NCBI GenBank assembly: GCA_018304385.1
Contig: JAGVWJ010000040.1
Coordinates: 1-13,760 of the forward strand
Direction: 5' to 3'
Length of the DNA stretch: 13,760 bases
From: Candidatus Micrarchaeota archaeon
Lineage (GTDB): Archaea; Micrarchaeota; Micrarchaeia; Anstonellales; Bilamarchaeaceae
Shown here: in pieces, positions 13,216 to 13,760 of the stretch
How positions within the stretch are numbered: position 1 is the stretch's first letter
Layout of the letters: each line of letters starts with the position of its first letter
Notes under the pieces: model-generated
The model's input: only the letters and a program-made list of their open reading frames with translations
What the model was told of the DNA's origin: nothing
Database searches by the model: none
Translations under genes and position numbers: made by a program

Positions 13216-13760
13216 TTATTCCAACCTAATAACATAAGTAGTCCTATACGTTCTCTTTCCTTCCTTAAGCCCGAATAACTTTTTGCTGATTCCATAAGTA
13301 TAACCAAGCTGTTCTATCAATTCAAGTGCAGCCTTATTGCTTCCAATATAAATATCAGTTCCTTCTTTTTTCTCATCAACCTTGCTAATAAACGTTGTTT
13401 TCTTTAACTCACTTTCGAGCGTATTTGCTAATTTAACTATTCTTTTCTCATTGCCTCGCAGTTGAATAATTGCTTCATAATACCCGCCACTTAGCCTAGT
13501 GCAATCCGAACACATATTTTTATTGAATTTTACATCAATCCATTTGTTTAGCGTTATTATCTTACCGGACTTTTTTATAAAAAAGGTTATTGCACCAGTA
13601 CTACGATCGTACACCGCATTGAAGAACTCGCCTCTGCATTTACGTATTATATAATTATTAAACTCTTCCTCTTTAACATCCTGCCAACTGCCCCTAAACT
13701 TTATTTTTTCGCATCTTTTGCAGGTTTCAAAGATAAGACCTGTCGGTACCTTGACATCTA
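13216..13760 (-). CDS. nmd3: NMD3 family protein (5' part outside the window)
   Basis: The frame is open from the window edge: ...VPTGLIFETCKRCEKIKFRGSW... (Zn knuckle), then CSDCTRLSGGYYEAIIQLRG, the NMD3 signature. The listed 13614 start is an internal GTG. Confidence 0.9.
   Translation of the reverse strand, partial: DVKVPTGLIFETCKRCEKIKFRGSWQDVKEEEFNNYIIRKCRGEFFNAVYDRSTGAITFFIKKSGKIITLNKWIDVKFNKNMCSDCTRLSGGYYEAIIQLRGNEKRIVKLANTLESELKKTTFISKVDEKKEGTDIYIGSNKAALELIEQLGYTYGISKKLFGLKEGKRTYRTTYVIRLE

Noticed and set aside
1-13760. Mobile elements, frameshifted pseudogenes, or stop-codon recoding
   Set aside because: No transposase, integrase or terminal inverted repeats were seen. All recognised proteins look full length with their terminal motifs, and there are no in-frame stop read-through candidates.

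Overview
AT-rich, very densely packed archaeal chromosome segment. The evidence is NMD3, Nre, DUF211, TTTATA(A/T)A-type TATA boxes, GGTGA Shine-Dalgarno sites and a BHB-intron tRNA. The multi-intron tRNA and LFGC signal peptides suggest a DPANN lineage such as Ca. Micrarchaeota (inference). There are 16 credible CDSs: beta-CASP/MBL nuclease, a 106-aa orphan, gamma-glutamylcyclotransferase, HEXXH lipoprotein, DUF211 plus VIT1/CCC1-type transporter, Cys/His-rich lipoprotein, Nre DNA-repair protein, helical orphan, NhaP-type antiporter, AhpC/TSA thioredoxin-fold protein, large secreted repeat protein, small Pro-rich lipoprotein, UPF0104 flippase-like protein, PIN toxin with antitoxin, and a 5'-truncated NMD3. 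The most unusual region is 1020-1320, which the ORF track does not explain. It holds a tRNA-His(GUG) split by three BHB introns (15/16, 37/38, 53/54). Introns 2 and 3 fold into matching four-way-junction RNAs that share an exact 14-nt motif. Just upstream is a 40-nt cUACGg-capped hairpin that copies the tRNA-His acceptor stem, including G-1:C73. It could be a natural minihelix, a conformational leader or a fourth intron. No transposase, integrase or CRISPR array was seen. All calls come from manual reading; no searches or folding programs were run.
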